DNA from: Trypethelium eluteriae
Taxonomy: Eukaryota
Direction: 5' to 3'
Length of the DNA: 35,613 nucleotides
NCBI GenBank assembly: GCA_051942245.1
Contig: JAVECL010000021.1
Coordinates: forward strand, 62,001-97,613
The notes beneath the pieces are model-generated. The model did no database searches and was not told where the DNA came from. It saw nothing but the letters and a program-made list of their open reading frames with translations. How positions within the stretch are numbered: the stretch's first letter is position 1; each line of letters starts with the position of its first letter. This document shows positions 35,480 through 35,613 of the stretch, in pieces. Both the position numbers and the translations under genes were made by a program.

Positions 35480-35613
35480 CAGATTTCACTCCCCCGGCCC
35501 CTTTCTCCTCTCCACCCACAAACGTCGACTCGCTTCTCTCACCCCCTCCACAATAATCTCGTGCTCCACTCCATGCACCCTCCCCTCGAACTCCTCCAAC
35601 CCCTCTCCCTCCC
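35480..35613 (+). other. C/T-rich tract, probable core promoter or 5' leader of a downstream + strand gene outside the window
   Basis: Strongly C-rich, G-poor sequence like that upstream of the ATGs at 15733, 20054 and 33928. Confidence 0.35.

Overview
Eukaryotic, intron-containing DNA from a filamentous ascomycete (Pezizomycotina-type GT-AG introns with CTRAC-like branch points). I found no bacterial-type features, CRISPR array, rRNA or tRNA. Splicing the six-frame ORFs by hand gives 11 credible genes: a 5'-truncated Zn(II)2Cys6 transcription factor, two orphan proteins, a small secreted 4-Cys protein, a Svl3/Pam1-like ketopantoate-reductase-fold protein, a Shb17-like histidine phosphatase, a C2H2 factor with a very Cys-rich N-terminus, a DUF6604-type protein, a Baeyer-Villiger-type flavin monooxygenase, a GPI-anchored GH76 (Dfg5/Dcw1) and the v-SNARE synaptobrevin (Snc1/SynA). 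The left ~15 kb is gene-poor and orphan-rich; the right ~20 kb is gene-dense and mostly conserved. The most striking non-coding signal is the 393-nt first intron of synaptobrevin, which folds almost end to end into a nested series of helices with several G-U pairs. It is a candidate structured intronic RNA element. A tandem triplication of the last codons and stop of the DUF6604 gene is also present. All family calls are from motif recognition only; no searches or folding programs were run.
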